A stretch of 64,000 nt of DNA from an uncultured Muribaculaceae bacterium (GCA_964567765.1 CAZMNZ010000001.1:60573-124572), one strand, 5' to 3'. Shown: positions 18,406 to 29,484, numbered from the stretch's first letter. The notes: a model not told the origin generated them from the sequence alone. Program-made: numbers and translations.

Positions 18406-20298
18406 ATGAAAAGAATTCATCAGAAACTGACTCAGGAGCAGAAGATACAGATGCTCACGACAGACTTTCTTGACAGAGACCAGACGACCTTCGTGAAGAT
18501 CAGAAGGACCGGCAGACTCGGATGGGAAAGCTCGATACCGGAAGGTACTCCATACTCCGACTATATGTTGTCTCCGGCATCGGACGAGGATCTCATCAAG
18601 AACTCCTACCGTCTTGCAGAAGATATGATCAAAATCATGGACACTCCTGTGAAGGTGCGTGTGAGGATATCTCCAGATGCATCCAGGACCGACGGAAAGA
18701 CAGTGTGGGTTGCCACCGAGGTCTTTGATGATGCTGAACTTCCTATAGGCAACCGCATTGATACCTTCCTTGGGCTTGCGATTCACGAGGGATGCCATGT
18801 GCTCTATACTGACTTCGGTGCGTACAAAGGTATTACCAACAGGGTAGTGATGTTCCTTGAGAATATCCTTGAAGACGAGAGGATAGAGAGGGAACTTGGC
18901 GAACAGAAGCCTGGCCTTGCAAACTTCCTGAAGGCATCCAAGTACTACTACTTCGATAGGTATGTACAGAAGATGGCAGAGAAACCTCAGGAGCAGACTC
19001 AGAGTACTTTCTCAAGACTGCTCAACTGCATCATATCACTTGTGAGGTATCCTAAGACCGTCAATATGGATGACCTGAACGAGTTTGCAGACACGCTGCT
19101 TCAAGTCCGTCCTCTTCTGACTCCGTATCCGACCACTACTGCTCAGTGCGTAGAGACAGCGGAAAAGATCTTCGAACTCATCAAGGATTATATGAAGGAT
19201 GAAGAGAAGCAGAGACAGAAGCAGCAGGGTTCCGGTGACGGACAGCCACAGGGAGATAGTCAAGAGTCTGGTGATAGTTCACAGGCACAGAACGGCTCCG
19301 GAGGCAGAAGCACAGGACAGTCAGCAGGAAAGAAGATGACTGCAAGACAGATTGCAAAGAAGGTCGAGCAGGATATCAATGATGTGTTTGACCAGATTGC
19401 AGAAGCACTTAAGGATCTTACAAATGAACCGGAGAAGTCAACGATATCGTCAGACTCGCAGTCAGAAACAGTCAAGGCTGAAAGGAATCTAGTCGGCAAG
19501 ATCTGCGAAGGCAGAGCCGAACGAGGTTCACAGAAAGGCTGTGTAGTTATCAAGGAGAAGCCTTATAAGGATAAGTATATGGACTCACTATCACGAGTGA
19601 GGAAGTACATTCCAGCAATCTCCAAGTCTCTCAAGTGCTCGTCAATGGAGTATAAGCTCATCCATAAGGGTATGCGTAGCGGAATGCTCGATACAGGTAA
19701 GATAGCTGAAGCCTATCAAGGAGTGCCGACAGTCTATATGAGGGAAGGGCATGTCAAGTCTGACAGGATCTCTGTCTGTATTCTCATAGACGAGTCTGGC
19801 TCGATGTACGGAGACGGTGAAACCGCAGCAAGAGATACGGCAGTCCTGCTGAATGAAGCTCTTGACTCTCTTCCTAATGTGGATCTGTATATCTACGGAC
19901 ACAGCACAGACGGAGGAACTGCCCTGTATGTCTATAGAGAGAAATCCTTCAGCCCTAAATACGCTCTTGGAAGTACTGACTCAAGATGGGGTAACAACGA
20001 CGGAACGGCTATCCGCGAGGCTGCCTCAAGGGTCAGGAAGCATACGAAGGAGAACTGCCTGTTCTTCATGATATCCGACGGTGCTCCGAATGAGTCGGTG
20101 CAGCAGGTCAGACAGGCTGTAGTTGATGTTGAAAAGCAGGGCTTTGCCATCGTGGCAGTGAGCATTGATCCTCAGTATGACCCGTCGCTGATGTATCATA
20201 GGAATGTAAACCTGACCGATATGTCGAGACTCGCGGTTGACCTTGGCAAGATGGTCAAGAAGGCTATATCAGATAACTCTAAACGTAAAATTCAATAA
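18406..20298 (+). CDS. HExxH metallopeptidase-like domain + vWA domain (CobT-like)
   Basis: IHEGCH, LEDERIE, low-complexity linker, IDESGSM MIDAS, ISDGAP; start at ATG 18406. Confidence 0.85.
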   Translation: MKRIHQKLTQEQKIQMLTTDFLDRDQTTFVKIRRTGRLGWESSIPEGTPYSDYMLSPASDEDLIKNSYRLAEDMIKIMDTPVKVRVRISPDASRTDGKTVWVATEVFDDAELPIGNRIDTFLGLAIHEGCHVLYTDFGAYKGITNRVVMFLENILEDERIERELGEQKPGLANFLKASKYYYFDRYVQKMAEKPQEQTQSTFSRLLNCIISLVRYPKTVNMDDLNEFADTLLQVRPLLTPYPTTTAQCVETAEKIFELIKDYMKDEEKQRQKQQGSGDGQPQGDSQESGDSSQAQNGSGGRSTGQSAGKKMTARQIAKKVEQDINDVFDQIAEALKDLTNEPEKSTISSDSQSETVKAERNLVGKICEGRAERGSQKGCVVIKEKPYKDKYMDSLSRVRKYIPAISKSLKCSSMEYKLIHKGMRSGMLDTGKIAEAYQGVPTVYMREGHVKSDRISVCILIDESGSMYGDGETAARDTAVLLNEALDSLPNVDLYIYGHSTDGGTALYVYREKSFSPKYALGSTDSRWGNNDGTAIREAASRVRKHTKENCLFFMISDGAPNESVQQVRQAVVDVEKQGFAIVAVSIDPQYDPSLMYHRNVNLTDMSRLAVDLGKMVKKAISDNSKRKIQ

Positions 20299-20300
20299 TC

Positions 20301-20684
20301 ATGAATACGACAAAGAATAATATCAAGACCATTGTAGCTGCATCTGGGGACAATGAGATAATGAGTATCGGTATCTACCTTGATGCCCGTTTCGGTGCCG
20401 GAACAACAGCCGCTACCCAGACCTTGGATATGATTTTCGAACTAAAGAAGATGCTCGCAGAGGAGGTTGTTCATTTCGTGTTTGAGAAGACTGACGGAAC
20501 GACCAGAGAGGCCTACGGTACTAGAGCCGTGGATGTCATCAGGAGATACGATACCGGCTCGACAAGTCATAGACCTCAGAGAGCATTCAACGGAACCTTC
20601 CCTTACTTCGACATCGAGAAGGGGGAGTGGAGATGCTTCCGGGTGGACAAGTTTGTGAAGATAGACAAGGATTATGTTCTATAA
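20301..20684 (+). CDS. SH3 beta-barrel (DUF2693/WYL-like) protein
   Basis: FVFEKTDGTTREAYGT...YFDIEKGEWRCFR. Confidence 0.8.
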   Translation: MNTTKNNIKTIVAASGDNEIMSIGIYLDARFGAGTTAATQTLDMIFELKKMLAEEVVHFVFEKTDGTTREAYGTRAVDVIRRYDTGSTSHRPQRAFNGTFPYFDIEKGEWRCFRVDKFVKIDKDYVL

Positions 20685-20695
20685 AATGGATAGGT

Positions 20696-20968
20696 ATGGC
20701 TGACAGAACTGAAATAAAGGTATATGTCGTTATGGAGGACTGGTCCTGCGGAACGGACAACGGTCACGGGATTTTCATGGTCTTCGACAGTGAGGACAAG
20801 GCTGTGGAAGAGCTCGGAAAGCAAGTCTGCAAACTTCTGATCGAGTGCGACTGGTCGGAGATGCTTGATGAACGGGAGATTACCTCGGCGAAGGTGGAGA
20901 TGCGCTGTACGACAGAGTTTGAGGACTACCATTTCAATATGTGGATAGAGGAGTGGGTTGTTAAATAA
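20696..20968 (+). CDS. Hypothetical protein
   Basis: Operon-packed ORF. Confidence 0.6.
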   Translation: MADRTEIKVYVVMEDWSCGTDNGHGIFMVFDSEDKAVEELGKQVCKLLIECDWSEMLDEREITSAKVEMRCTTEFEDYHFNMWIEEWVVK

Positions 20969-20982
20969 ATACAGGTTTGATT

Positions 20983-21351
20983 ATGACAAGAAGTGATGAG
21001 ATGATGCTGTCCGCCATCAGACTGAAGGTGGCGATGCAGATGAACGGCAGGAAAGTAAGTGTAGATGGTGACCGCGTGAAAGTCACCCTTCATGGAGTTC
21101 CTGCCTTGGTGGTGAGGTTCGACAGCGGTGACGTGAGGGTCAATGGGATGCTCAAGGTCTCGCGTAAGAGTGCCAAGGTGCTCAATGCAGTGCTGAGAAC
21201 CTATACGGACTGTACGGTAGCTTCGGCCGAGGGTTGCTGGATACTTGAAGGGAAGGATGGCCAGAGGGTGCCGATAAACGGTGTCATGGCGACTGTTCCT
21301 ATGACTCGCAAGGCGAAGTCTTGTAATATGGATAAATATGTAAAACATTAA
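20983..21351 (+). CDS. Hypothetical protein
   Basis: Operon-packed ORF. Confidence 0.6.
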   Translation: MTRSDEMMLSAIRLKVAMQMNGRKVSVDGDRVKVTLHGVPALVVRFDSGDVRVNGMLKVSRKSAKVLNAVLRTYTDCTVASAEGCWILEGKDGQRVPINGVMATVPMTRKAKSCNMDKYVKH

Positions 21352-21364
21352 AAGGTAATAAGTT

Positions 21365-21922
21365 ATGCCAAATTGGGCAGGCTGTTCATATGCAGTAACA
21401 GGAGAGGAGAACGAGGTTCGGTCTCTCTATGAAAGAATGAAAAGATTGCAGGAGATGAAAGAACCACTGAAACCTAATGGGTTTGGGACTACCTGGCTTG
21501 GGAATCTTGTGGAAGATTTTGGAATTGAATACGAAAAGATATCCTGCCGAGGCTCATGGGATAATCTGATGCTTGATAATGATGTGCTGACCTTTACAAC
21601 TGAGTCGGCCTGGGACAGATGCCATGAGGTCGAAGACCTGATAATTGAGAAATATCCGTCCTTGAGCATCGCCTTTCGTCTGGAGGAACCGGGGATGGCT
21701 ATCTATCAAAAGAATGACAGCCACTTCTTTCCTGAGGAGTACCTGATAGATATCGAAGCTGACGACGTTTACTATTGCACAGAGGAGCAGGCTTTGCAGA
21801 AGTTGTCGGATTTCTTCGGCATTGACTTCAAGGATGTTTCAGAAGCAATGATTCTTGTGGATGAGCATAACGAGAAGGGCGAGGAGCACTTGTGGGTTAA
21901 TGAGTTTGAGTTGGTGGAGTGA
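21365..21922 (+). CDS. YubB/DUF1281-like ferredoxin-fold protein
   Basis: MPNW start, FTTESAW, EEPG. Confidence 0.7.
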   Translation: MPNWAGCSYAVTGEENEVRSLYERMKRLQEMKEPLKPNGFGTTWLGNLVEDFGIEYEKISCRGSWDNLMLDNDVLTFTTESAWDRCHEVEDLIIEKYPSLSIAFRLEEPGMAIYQKNDSHFFPEEYLIDIEADDVYYCTEEQALQKLSDFFGIDFKDVSEAMILVDEHNEKGEEHLWVNEFELVE

Positions 21923-21978
21923 TTTTGTAAGATTTCTCAGATAAAGATGTAATTTTGTAGAAACGAAATTTTGATGAT

Positions 21979-22671
21979 ATGAAGGAAGAATGTCTTATCT
22001 GCAAAGCACCACTTGAGTACCTTCAGGAGAATGTGTTGATGGAATGCAGTATATGTCATAAGCGTGAGCTCAGTAAGACAAAATGTGTCAGTGGCCATTA
22101 TGTCTGCAACGAATGTCATACAAAAGGAGTGGATTCCATTCTCGGCCTATGCCTGAACGAGACCTCATGCGACCCTATAGAAATCATCGGGAAGATGATG
22201 GATATGCCGTTCTGTCATATGCATGGACCGGAGCATCATATCATGGTAGGTTCTGCTCTTCTAACTGCATATCATAATGCCGGTGGAGAGATTGATCTGC
22301 CAAAGGCTCTAAACGAGATGATAAGCCGGGGAGCAAAGGTCCCCGGAGGAGCATGCGGATTTTGGGGTGCGTGTGGAGCAGCCATAAGTACCGGTATGTT
22401 CATCTCCATCATCACAGGTTCCACTCCTCTGATGAATGAGACATGGGGACATTCGAACCTCATGACATCCCGTTCATTGGCACGGCTCGGGGAAATCGGC
22501 GGACCAAGATGCTGCAAGCGCAACTCCTATATGTCCATTCTCACAGCAATTGACTATTCGGAAGAAATCACTGGTGTCAAGATGCTGAAACCGGAAGTCG
22601 TCTGCAGACATATGTCATCCAACAGTCAGTGCATCGGCAAGCGATGTCCGTTTCACCCTTCGAATAAGTAA
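21979..22671 (+). CDS. DUF5714-type Cys-rich protein
   Basis: HMHGPEHH, PGGACGFWGACG, GPRCCKR. Confidence 0.8.
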   Translation: MKEECLICKAPLEYLQENVLMECSICHKRELSKTKCVSGHYVCNECHTKGVDSILGLCLNETSCDPIEIIGKMMDMPFCHMHGPEHHIMVGSALLTAYHNAGGEIDLPKALNEMISRGAKVPGGACGFWGACGAAISTGMFISIITGSTPLMNETWGHSNLMTSRSLARLGEIGGPRCCKRNSYMSILTAIDYSEEITGVKMLKPEVVCRHMSSNSQCIGKRCPFHPSNK

Positions 22672-22674
22672 AGT

Positions 22675-23076
22675 ATGAGATACCTTGTATTATGTACCGG
22701 CAATAGGTGCCGCAGCCAGATGGCTCACGGAATCCTTCAGCATCTCCATCCAGATGCGGAAGTCTGCTCTGCGGGAGTGAAACCTGCGTCCGAGGTGCAT
22801 CCTCTTGCCATAAAGGTTATGGCTGAGATAGGAATAGATATCAGTGACCATTATCCGAAGAACGTCTCTCAGTATCTTGAGCAGAGTTGGGACTACGTGA
22901 TTACTGTCTGTGGCGGAGCGAAAGAGAACTGTCCGACGTTCATAGGTAAGGTTGTGAATAGGCTTCATATCGGTTTTGATGATCCGGATGCATTCACAGG
23001 ACCCGAAGGTGAGGTCTTGGAAGAGTTTCGTCGAGTGCGTGATGAAATTTTTAAAGCGATGTCTGGTTTGAGATGA
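22675..23076 (+). CDS. arsC: Arsenate reductase, LMW-PTP family
   Basis: CTGNRCRSQMA, ITVC..A.ENCP, FDDP, FRRVRDEI. Confidence 0.88.
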   Translation: MRYLVLCTGNRCRSQMAHGILQHLHPDAEVCSAGVKPASEVHPLAIKVMAEIGIDISDHYPKNVSQYLEQSWDYVITVCGGAKENCPTFIGKVVNRLHIGFDDPDAFTGPEGEVLEEFRRVRDEIFKAMSGLR

Positions 23077-23308
23077 AAAGAAAACCTCACGCAAATGACT
23101 GAAGAGCTCTCTTGTTAAATCATGGATATAGTTCAATATGGGAATCACTAGAATTTATAGTGGAATAGAATACGCTTAGAAAATCAGTCAGAAAAGATTC
23201 TTTCATCTGTTTTTTCATACAGTCAGTTAAAATAGCGAGAATAATGGTTTAAAGTTTGTATATGACGGCGAAATGTGTTATTTTTGCAAAAATCTTACGA
23301 AAACGGGT

Positions 23309-24640
23309 ATGTTGTTGGAATTTCGAGTAACGAACTTCAGGTCTATAGGAGAGGAGCAAGTGCTCAGCTTAGTGCCTACTAATGGTCAAAAAGAGTATCC
23401 TGAGAATATCCTCTCAGATAGTAAACACGCTTCTTTGAATGCCATTGCAATCTATGGCGCAAATGGTAGCGGTAAGTCCAATCTGTTGCGTGGTATGGAT
23501 ATCATGCGTACGATTATATTGCGTTCTGCGCGAGCATCCTCGACCTCTAAACTTCCATACGATCCATTTCTGCTAAGGGATGGCTTTGAGGGAATGGATA
23601 CATCTTTTGAAATCTTATTCGTCACAGACAACTCACGTTATAGGTATGGATTTTCATACAATCAAGATAAGATTAGCAAGGAATGGCTATTTAGAAAGAT
23701 TACCGGACGTGAGACCAAACTTTTTGAAAGAGTGGATGACGTGATTGATGTGAGTTCAGGGTTTAAGTCTTCGGCAAGAATCATTGACCTGGCGATAGAG
23801 ACGACACGAGATAATACTCTCTTCCTTTCTATGTGTGATATGCTGAATGTCCAAGAAGCCAAGACCATTTTGGAATGGTTATCAAAACTTAATACAATCA
23901 ACGGTCAGCATACTCATCTCCTTGAAGGTCAGACAGCTGCCTTGCTTCTTAATCAGGATTATACGGAAAAAATCAAAGACTATCTCAAGTCGGTATGTTT
24001 GGACATTCAGAACATAGAGGTTGAGACAGTGGATCTTGAGCAGCTTGATGAGAGAACTAAGAGAGGCTATCTGTTGCGAATGGCCAACCGTGGTGGAGTC
24101 GTTCCGGCAAAGGTGTTGGCTCATCATACGATATATGACATGCATTCAAATCCGACAGATAGAACTCAGGCATGGGATTGGGATGAGAGGGAGTCTTCTG
24201 GCTCGCAGAAGGCAATGCATTTAAGTGGCCCAATCTTGTGGGCTCTTGTCAATGGCGGTATCTTGGTCGTAGATGAGATTGAGGCATTCCTGCACCCTAT
24301 CATGACACTCAGTACCATTGAGATATTCCTGGATTCAAAGACTAACCCTCATAAGGCACAGATTATCTTTGCTACCCATGATACTAATCTTTTGAGCTAT
24401 GCTAAATTACGCCGTGACCAAATCTATTTCGCTGAAAAGAACAAATGGGAAAGTACAGAGCTGTTCTCGCTTTCTGATTTCAAGTACTATGGCGAAAGAA
24501 ACGGTCAGACTATATCAGAATCAGAACGTCCTGATGTAGATAAAGAAAAGCGATACATAGAGGGGCGTTACGGAGCTATTCCTACACTTGGTGAGTTTAA
24601 TCAATACATCCGAAGTATATGGCAAGAAAAGGAAAACTAA
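23309..24640 (+). CDS. RloA-like AAA_21 ATPase
   Basis: NFRSI, GANGSGKSN, ESSGS, VDEIE, ATHD, LRRDQIYF, GRYGAIP. Confidence 0.88.
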   Translation: MLLEFRVTNFRSIGEEQVLSLVPTNGQKEYPENILSDSKHASLNAIAIYGANGSGKSNLLRGMDIMRTIILRSARASSTSKLPYDPFLLRDGFEGMDTSFEILFVTDNSRYRYGFSYNQDKISKEWLFRKITGRETKLFERVDDVIDVSSGFKSSARIIDLAIETTRDNTLFLSMCDMLNVQEAKTILEWLSKLNTINGQHTHLLEGQTAALLLNQDYTEKIKDYLKSVCLDIQNIEVETVDLEQLDERTKRGYLLRMANRGGVVPAKVLAHHTIYDMHSNPTDRTQAWDWDERESSGSQKAMHLSGPILWALVNGGILVVDEIEAFLHPIMTLSTIEIFLDSKTNPHKAQIIFATHDTNLLSYAKLRRDQIYFAEKNKWESTELFSLSDFKYYGERNGQTISESERPDVDKEKRYIEGRYGAIPTLGEFNQYIRSIWQEKEN

Positions 24641-25338
24641 ACGAGAAACAAGCAAGGGATGTTATAGAGAGGCCAGCTAGAAGCCGAAAGTATACATATC
24701 ATATCCTGATTGCTTGTGAAGACGAGAATACAGAGCCGTACTACTTTGAAAAATACAGACAGTTGTTCGAGGAGATATGGCCAAAGGAAACACTCTTTTT
24801 GAGACCTATTGGCACTGGAAGGAACTCTTTAGGAGTCGTGAAGCGTGCGGTCGAGGAAAGAGAAATACTTGCAAGTGAAGCCAATAGGACTACAATTGAC
24901 CAAACATGGGCTGTCTTTGATAAGGATGATTTGGACAAGACGGAGGGCAATAGGCTCAACTTCATAGGGGCATTTGAGCTAGGAGAGACAGAAAATGTGA
25001 AGATTGCTTACAGCAATGAGTGTTTCGAGTTGTGGCTACTATTGCATTTGGAAGATGTGGAGAAGGAAAATGCTATCCCGAGAACTGAGATTTACAACAG
25101 ATTGGGAACTGCTCTTAAACGTATTTGTGGTGATGATTTTGAGTATGACCATGGTGATAAAAGAGTGGTCGATCTTGTTCTTGAATACGGAGATAGAGAT
25201 GCTGCTGTGAGAAGGGCCGAGGAACTATGTTCATTCCATTTAAAAGCGGAACATGAACCTATTGATTCTAATCCTAATACGTTGGTCTATACCTTGGTAA
25301 AAGAGTTAGAAGACTGGTTGGAATATTACAGATATTAA
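24619..25338 (+). CDS. RloB family protein
   Basis: CEDENTEPYYF, WAVFDKD, SNECFELWLLLH, NPNT. Confidence 0.88.
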   Translation: MARKGKLNEKQARDVIERPARSRKYTYHILIACEDENTEPYYFEKYRQLFEEIWPKETLFLRPIGTGRNSLGVVKRAVEEREILASEANRTTIDQTWAVFDKDDLDKTEGNRLNFIGAFELGETENVKIAYSNECFELWLLLHLEDVEKENAIPRTEIYNRLGTALKRICGDDFEYDHGDKRVVDLVLEYGDRDAAVRRAEELCSFHLKAEHEPIDSNPNTLVYTLVKELEDWLEYYRY

Positions 25339-25397
25339 TGCATGGCTGTGTACGTGACGAAGGTTGTATATTAATAACAAATGAAAACACTCCGAGT

Positions 25398-25577
25398 ATG
25401 ACACGAATAGAGACTGAAAAGCAATATCAAGATATGATGACTAGAATTGAAGAACTGCTCCAGCTTGTGACAGAGGATACTCCAGAAGATGATGTCCATG
25501 CTGTTGAACTTGTTCGCTTGTCTAATCTCGTGGCCGATTATGATGACGCTCATTATTCAATGACTGCATCTCAATAG
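25398..25577 (+). CDS. Short HigA-like antitoxin N-terminal fragment
   Basis: IETEKQY...RIEELL...EL..LSNLVADY; no HTH follows. Confidence 0.6.
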   Translation: MTRIETEKQYQDMMTRIEELLQLVTEDTPEDDVHAVELVRLSNLVADYDDAHYSMTASQ

Positions 25578-25617
25578 AACTACACGCATCTTGCAATATT
25601 TTGAGAAATGGACTGAT

Positions 25618-25899
25618 ATGAAGATAATAAAAGATACATTCAGCTGCGGAGTAAGGACTGTCGTGGCTCAGCCTGAGGGAGTATGCTCGCAGGCAATCGA
25701 GCTCAAGCTCTTCGGAGATGAGATTCTTGAGGTAACCTTCTATGGCGGATGCAACGGCAACCTGAAAGGCATCGCAGCTCTTGCAAAAGGTCATAAGATT
25801 GCAGACGTTCAGCAGAGACTTTCTGGAATCACCTGCGGTAACAAGATGACATCCTGTCCTGATCAGTTTGCACAGCTTTTGCAAGCTTTGCAGCAGTAG
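25618..25899 (+). CDS. TSCPD-domain protein (TIGR03905-like)
   Basis: GVCS, GGCNGNLKGI, CGNKMTSCPDQ. Confidence 0.88.
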   Translation: MKIIKDTFSCGVRTVVAQPEGVCSQAIELKLFGDEILEVTFYGGCNGNLKGIAALAKGHKIADVQQRLSGITCGNKMTSCPDQFAQLLQALQQ

Positions 25900-25921
25900 A
25901 TTAATTGAAGATATTGATAGA

Positions 25922-25968
25922 AAAAGTCAGCCAAAATGAGCAAAATGCCTCGATTTTGGCTGACTTTT
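25922..25968. terminator. Bidirectional terminator
   Basis: AAAAGTCAGCCAAAAT...ATTTTGGCTGACTTTT between convergent genes. Confidence 0.8.
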
Positions 25969-25977
25969 ATGTGTTAT

Positions 25978-26328
25978 CTACCTTCTCGGAGGTTTCTGAG
26001 GACCTCTCGGAGGAGATGGCTTCTTGCCCTTAGGAGGTGGGGGATTGTGAGCGAAGTCACGTGGACCTCTGTCCCTTCCGTCTGCGATAAGAATCCTCTC
26101 CGCTTCCTTCTTTGAGAGCTTCACACGATACTTCTTCCAGTAGAAGTCTTGAAGTCTCATAATGTCACCCTGACTGATAGCATCCATAGGTCCGCCTGGC
26201 TTCCTGTCATCACGCATCTCTATTCCAGGTCTCTTGTGATCCGGTCCACCTTTCTTCTGAGCATGCATCTGCACCTGTGAACCGAGTAGGAGTATCATAG
26301 CTGATACCATTAGAATTCTTCTCTTCAT
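25978..26328 (-). CDS. Secreted Pro-rich protein
   Basis: Signal-peptide-like N-terminus, PPP-rich tail. Confidence 0.7.
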   Translation of the reverse strand: MKRRILMVSAMILLLGSQVQMHAQKKGGPDHKRPGIEMRDDRKPGGPMDAISQGDIMRLQDFYWKKYRVKLSKKEAERILIADGRDRGPRDFAHNPPPPKGKKPSPPRGPQKPPRR

Positions 26329-26475
26329 AGCCTTTCAGTTTAATGGGTTCAACAATAGTCTTTCTTGAGTACTCACTTATTTAGACGCATGTTCGGCTGA
26401 AAGGTTTAAAAGAGAAAGGAGCAGCGGGATACTCCTGCCACTCCTTGACGATTTACTTTGTATGTGTGAGGATAG

Positions 26476-27201
26476 TTAAATCCCTCTTTCCTTGCAGATG
26501 GCATCGTATGCCTGAGATATCGCCTTGAACTTCTCCTCGGCTGCCTTTTGGACATCCTCTCCAAGAGTTGCCACCTTATCTGGGTGGTACTTGACAGCCA
26601 TCTTACGGTAAGCCTTCTTCACCTCCTCATCCGTTGCATCAGGAGTGATTTCAAGAATCTTATAGTTGCTGTCGTTGCTTGGACGGAACTGTGCGAAGAT
26701 GGAGTCCACTTCGCTCTTTGAGAGTCCTATATATGTGGCAATGGTCTCAAGGATGTCAACTTCTCTCTGATGAAGTCCATCGCTTGCGCCGAGAGCCACG
26801 AGGTAGTGATAAAGCTGAAGACGCTGCGAGTAGTCCATATATGAGCGGATCTGACTGCATACCTCATAGAGATTGTAGTCCTTCTGGAGAAGTTCTTCAA
26901 GAATCTCATCTACCTCATTGGCAGCCTGTGCTCCGAAGTTTCTTGAGAAGAATTCCCTGAGTGTCGCCTTCTCCTGGGAAGTCGTCTTTCCGTCCGCCTT
27001 GATGACTGATGCAGACAATACCAGGAGGCTCATGAGGAAACTGTTCCTCTGTCCCTGGCTCCAGGACTGCTCCTCCGTATAGACTACTGCCGATTCGGCG
27101 AGTCTCTCCAGTCTTGAAGTGAAGTAATATCCCAGGATGCCACCGATAGGTCCGAACATGGCCCATCCGAGTGCACCTGCTATCCATTTGCCGAGTCCCA
27201 T
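26476..27201 (-). CDS. djlA: DjlA-like TerB + DnaJ domain protein
   Basis: N-terminal TM GPIGG, KADG (TerB), J-domain YHPDK. Confidence 0.85.
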   Translation of the reverse strand: MGLGKWIAGALGWAMFGPIGGILGYYFTSRLERLAESAVVYTEEQSWSQGQRNSFLMSLLVLSASVIKADGKTTSQEKATLREFFSRNFGAQAANEVDEILEELLQKDYNLYEVCSQIRSYMDYSQRLQLYHYLVALGASDGLHQREVDILETIATYIGLSKSEVDSIFAQFRPSNDSNYKILEITPDATDEEVKKAYRKMAVKYHPDKVATLGEDVQKAAEEKFKAISQAYDAICKERGI

Positions 27202-27202
27202 C

Positions 27203-27475
27203 TTACTTCACCTGGTTCTTGAAGTCAGGGCAAGGCTTGAAGGTCGGAACCTTTGTTTCTGGTATGATGACGGTAGTGTTAGCCTTGATGTTTCTAGCGG
27301 CCTTCTGTGCTCTGGTCTTTACTGCAAATGTGCCGAAGCCTCTGAGATACACGTTCTCCTCTTTTGCAAGTGCGTCCTTTACAGTAGTCATGAATCCTTC
27401 TACAATTGCACTAACGGTAGCGTTTTCTATACCGGTGCTCTTTGACACCTCTTTTACTAATTCTGCCTTTGTCAT
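27203..27475 (-). CDS. HU/IHF family DNA-binding protein
   Basis: [25 protein letters not shown]. Confidence 0.92.
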   Translation of the reverse strand: MTKAELVKEVSKSTGIENATVSAIVEGFMTTVKDALAKEENVYLRGFGTFAVKTRAQKAARNIKANTTVIIPETKVPTFKPCPDFKNQVK

Positions 27476-27670
27476 ATCCTTTATTATTGAATTGAGCCTG
27501 CAAAATTACATCTTTTGTCGAAATATATGATATAAATGCAAGAATCTTCATTCTATATCTCAATGAAGAAGTACTGGTATGGCGGAGCATTAGAAACTAC
27601 AAGATATCGTTGGGCGAGAAGATAGAAATCCTGAAAGAACTTCTCCTTTTTTTATGACTGGCTAAACTAA

Positions 27671-29470
27671 ATGGAAATGAACGCTACTTTGAACATAGGA
27701 CATGAAGTTGGAAACTTCACTGTGGTGAAATACCTCAAGACATATGGACTTAACAATGCCGAAAGCTATATGGTGACAGACGCAGAAGGCAACGATGCTA
27801 TCATGAAGCTCATGGTTGACGGCTGTTCGTCACTCGAATTCTCGCACGAAGTATGTGAACTCATGTCCCAGACTAGAGCTATGCCTTCTGTCATGGAGCA
27901 TGGAGTGATCAATGTGAACAGCATTGACTATCAGTTCATGATAAGGGAGTCCGTCGAAGGTGTAAAGCTGTCCGAGCTGCTTGACAATGGAGTCACATAC
28001 ACATGGGAGGAAGCAGTGCCAATCGTCATGCAGGTACTTCGTGCACTCTATGTGCTTCATCGTAATGGGGTATACCACAATGATGTGAATCCAGACAACG
28101 TGATTCTTGACGATGACAAGGCTACCCTCATAGGATTGTCACATCTTTCTCCGGAGACGCGTGGCCGTATCAATTTCGTAACTAAGGATCTGAATCCTTG
28201 GTATATGGCTCCGGAGACATTCAGACGGCGCTTCAATGCCAAGACAGATATCTTCTCGGCAGGGGCGCTCCTCTACCGTCTTGTATTTGGAGTAGAGCCA
28301 TGGAAGACTCCGGGAATGGAGGTTTCATCTGTAAGTGAATTGCGTGAGGTCAGGAGGACCCCAGTGGATGAAATATGCGGAGGGAATGCCATGAGACAGC
28401 TTGATGAGCGTCAGAAATCAATTCTGACAAGGATGTTGGCTCAGGACTATGAAGATCGTTATGGCTCGGTGGAAGAGGTGCTGGAGGTTTTGTCAGCGGA
28501 TCACTCGAAAGCGGGTGGTCTATGGGATGCCGAACTTACAGAAAAGTTTCTAGAAAAGTATGGAGATGTCCCACTGATCGAGACGGTTATCGGTGCAGAG
28601 TCATCAGTTGAAGCTGATGAGGTGCCAAAATCAGGGAATGGCTTTGCAGATGTTGCCGGCCTTGAGAATGTGAAGACCATTCTGTCTGATGAGGTCATGT
28701 ATGTGTTGAAGAATCCAGAGAAGGCGAGACAGTACAGACTCAAGGCTCCTAACGGAATGCTCTTCTACGGGCCTCCAGGATGCGGTAAGACGTACGTGGC
28801 AGAGAAGTTCGCTCAGGAGTCAAAACTGAATTTTGTCATGGTCAAGGCTTCGGATCTTGGAAGCATCTACATCCATGGTACTCAGGGGAAGATCAGGGAA
28901 CTCTTCGACAAGGCAGAGGAGAAGGCGCCAACTGTTCTGTGCTTCGATGAACTTGATGGAATGGTTCCGGACAGGTCTCGACTTACCAGTGAAGGTGTGT
29001 CAGGGGAAGTCAATGAGTTTCTCTCCCAGCTGAATAACTGTTCCGACAGAGGAATATTCGTGATAGGTACCACCAACAGACCGAATATGATTGACCCTGC
29101 TATACTTAGAAGCGGTCGAATGGATCATCTGATATATATACCGATGCCGGATGCTGAGGCCAGAAAGGAACTGTTCAGAATCCATCTTTCAGGTCGCCCG
29201 CAGGCTGAGGATATTGACCTTGAAGCCTTGGCTGGTCTGACAGAAGGATACGTGGCCAGTGACATTGAGCTGATAGTAAACAAGACAGCCCTCGCTGCGG
29301 CGAAGAAAGATGTGCCCGTGAGCCAGGAACTCCTTGAAGAAAGGATCCCTATGATAAGAAAGTCGGTGTCGGAGTCAGACAAGGAGTCCTATGAGGCAGT
29401 CCGTCAGCAGATGGAATCGAAGCCAAAGACTGCCGAACGCAGGAGGATCGGATTTGTAACTGGATATTAA
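27671..29470 (+). CDS. Degenerate Ser/Thr kinase fold fused to CDC48-like AAA+ ATPase
   Basis: HNDVNPDN, YMAPE, DIFSAG; GPPGCGKT, FDELD, TNRP..IDPAILRSGRMD. Confidence 0.88.
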   Translation: MEMNATLNIGHEVGNFTVVKYLKTYGLNNAESYMVTDAEGNDAIMKLMVDGCSSLEFSHEVCELMSQTRAMPSVMEHGVINVNSIDYQFMIRESVEGVKLSELLDNGVTYTWEEAVPIVMQVLRALYVLHRNGVYHNDVNPDNVILDDDKATLIGLSHLSPETRGRINFVTKDLNPWYMAPETFRRRFNAKTDIFSAGALLYRLVFGVEPWKTPGMEVSSVSELREVRRTPVDEICGGNAMRQLDERQKSILTRMLAQDYEDRYGSVEEVLEVLSADHSKAGGLWDAELTEKFLEKYGDVPLIETVIGAESSVEADEVPKSGNGFADVAGLENVKTILSDEVMYVLKNPEKARQYRLKAPNGMLFYGPPGCGKTYVAEKFAQESKLNFVMVKASDLGSIYIHGTQGKIRELFDKAEEKAPTVLCFDELDGMVPDRSRLTSEGVSGEVNEFLSQLNNCSDRGIFVIGTTNRPNMIDPAILRSGRMDHLIYIPMPDAEARKELFRIHLSGRPQAEDIDLEALAGLTEGYVASDIELIVNKTALAAAKKDVPVSQELLEERIPMIRKSVSESDKESYEAVRQQMESKPKTAERRRIGFVTGY

Positions 29471-29484
29471 CATACAACGAGAAT

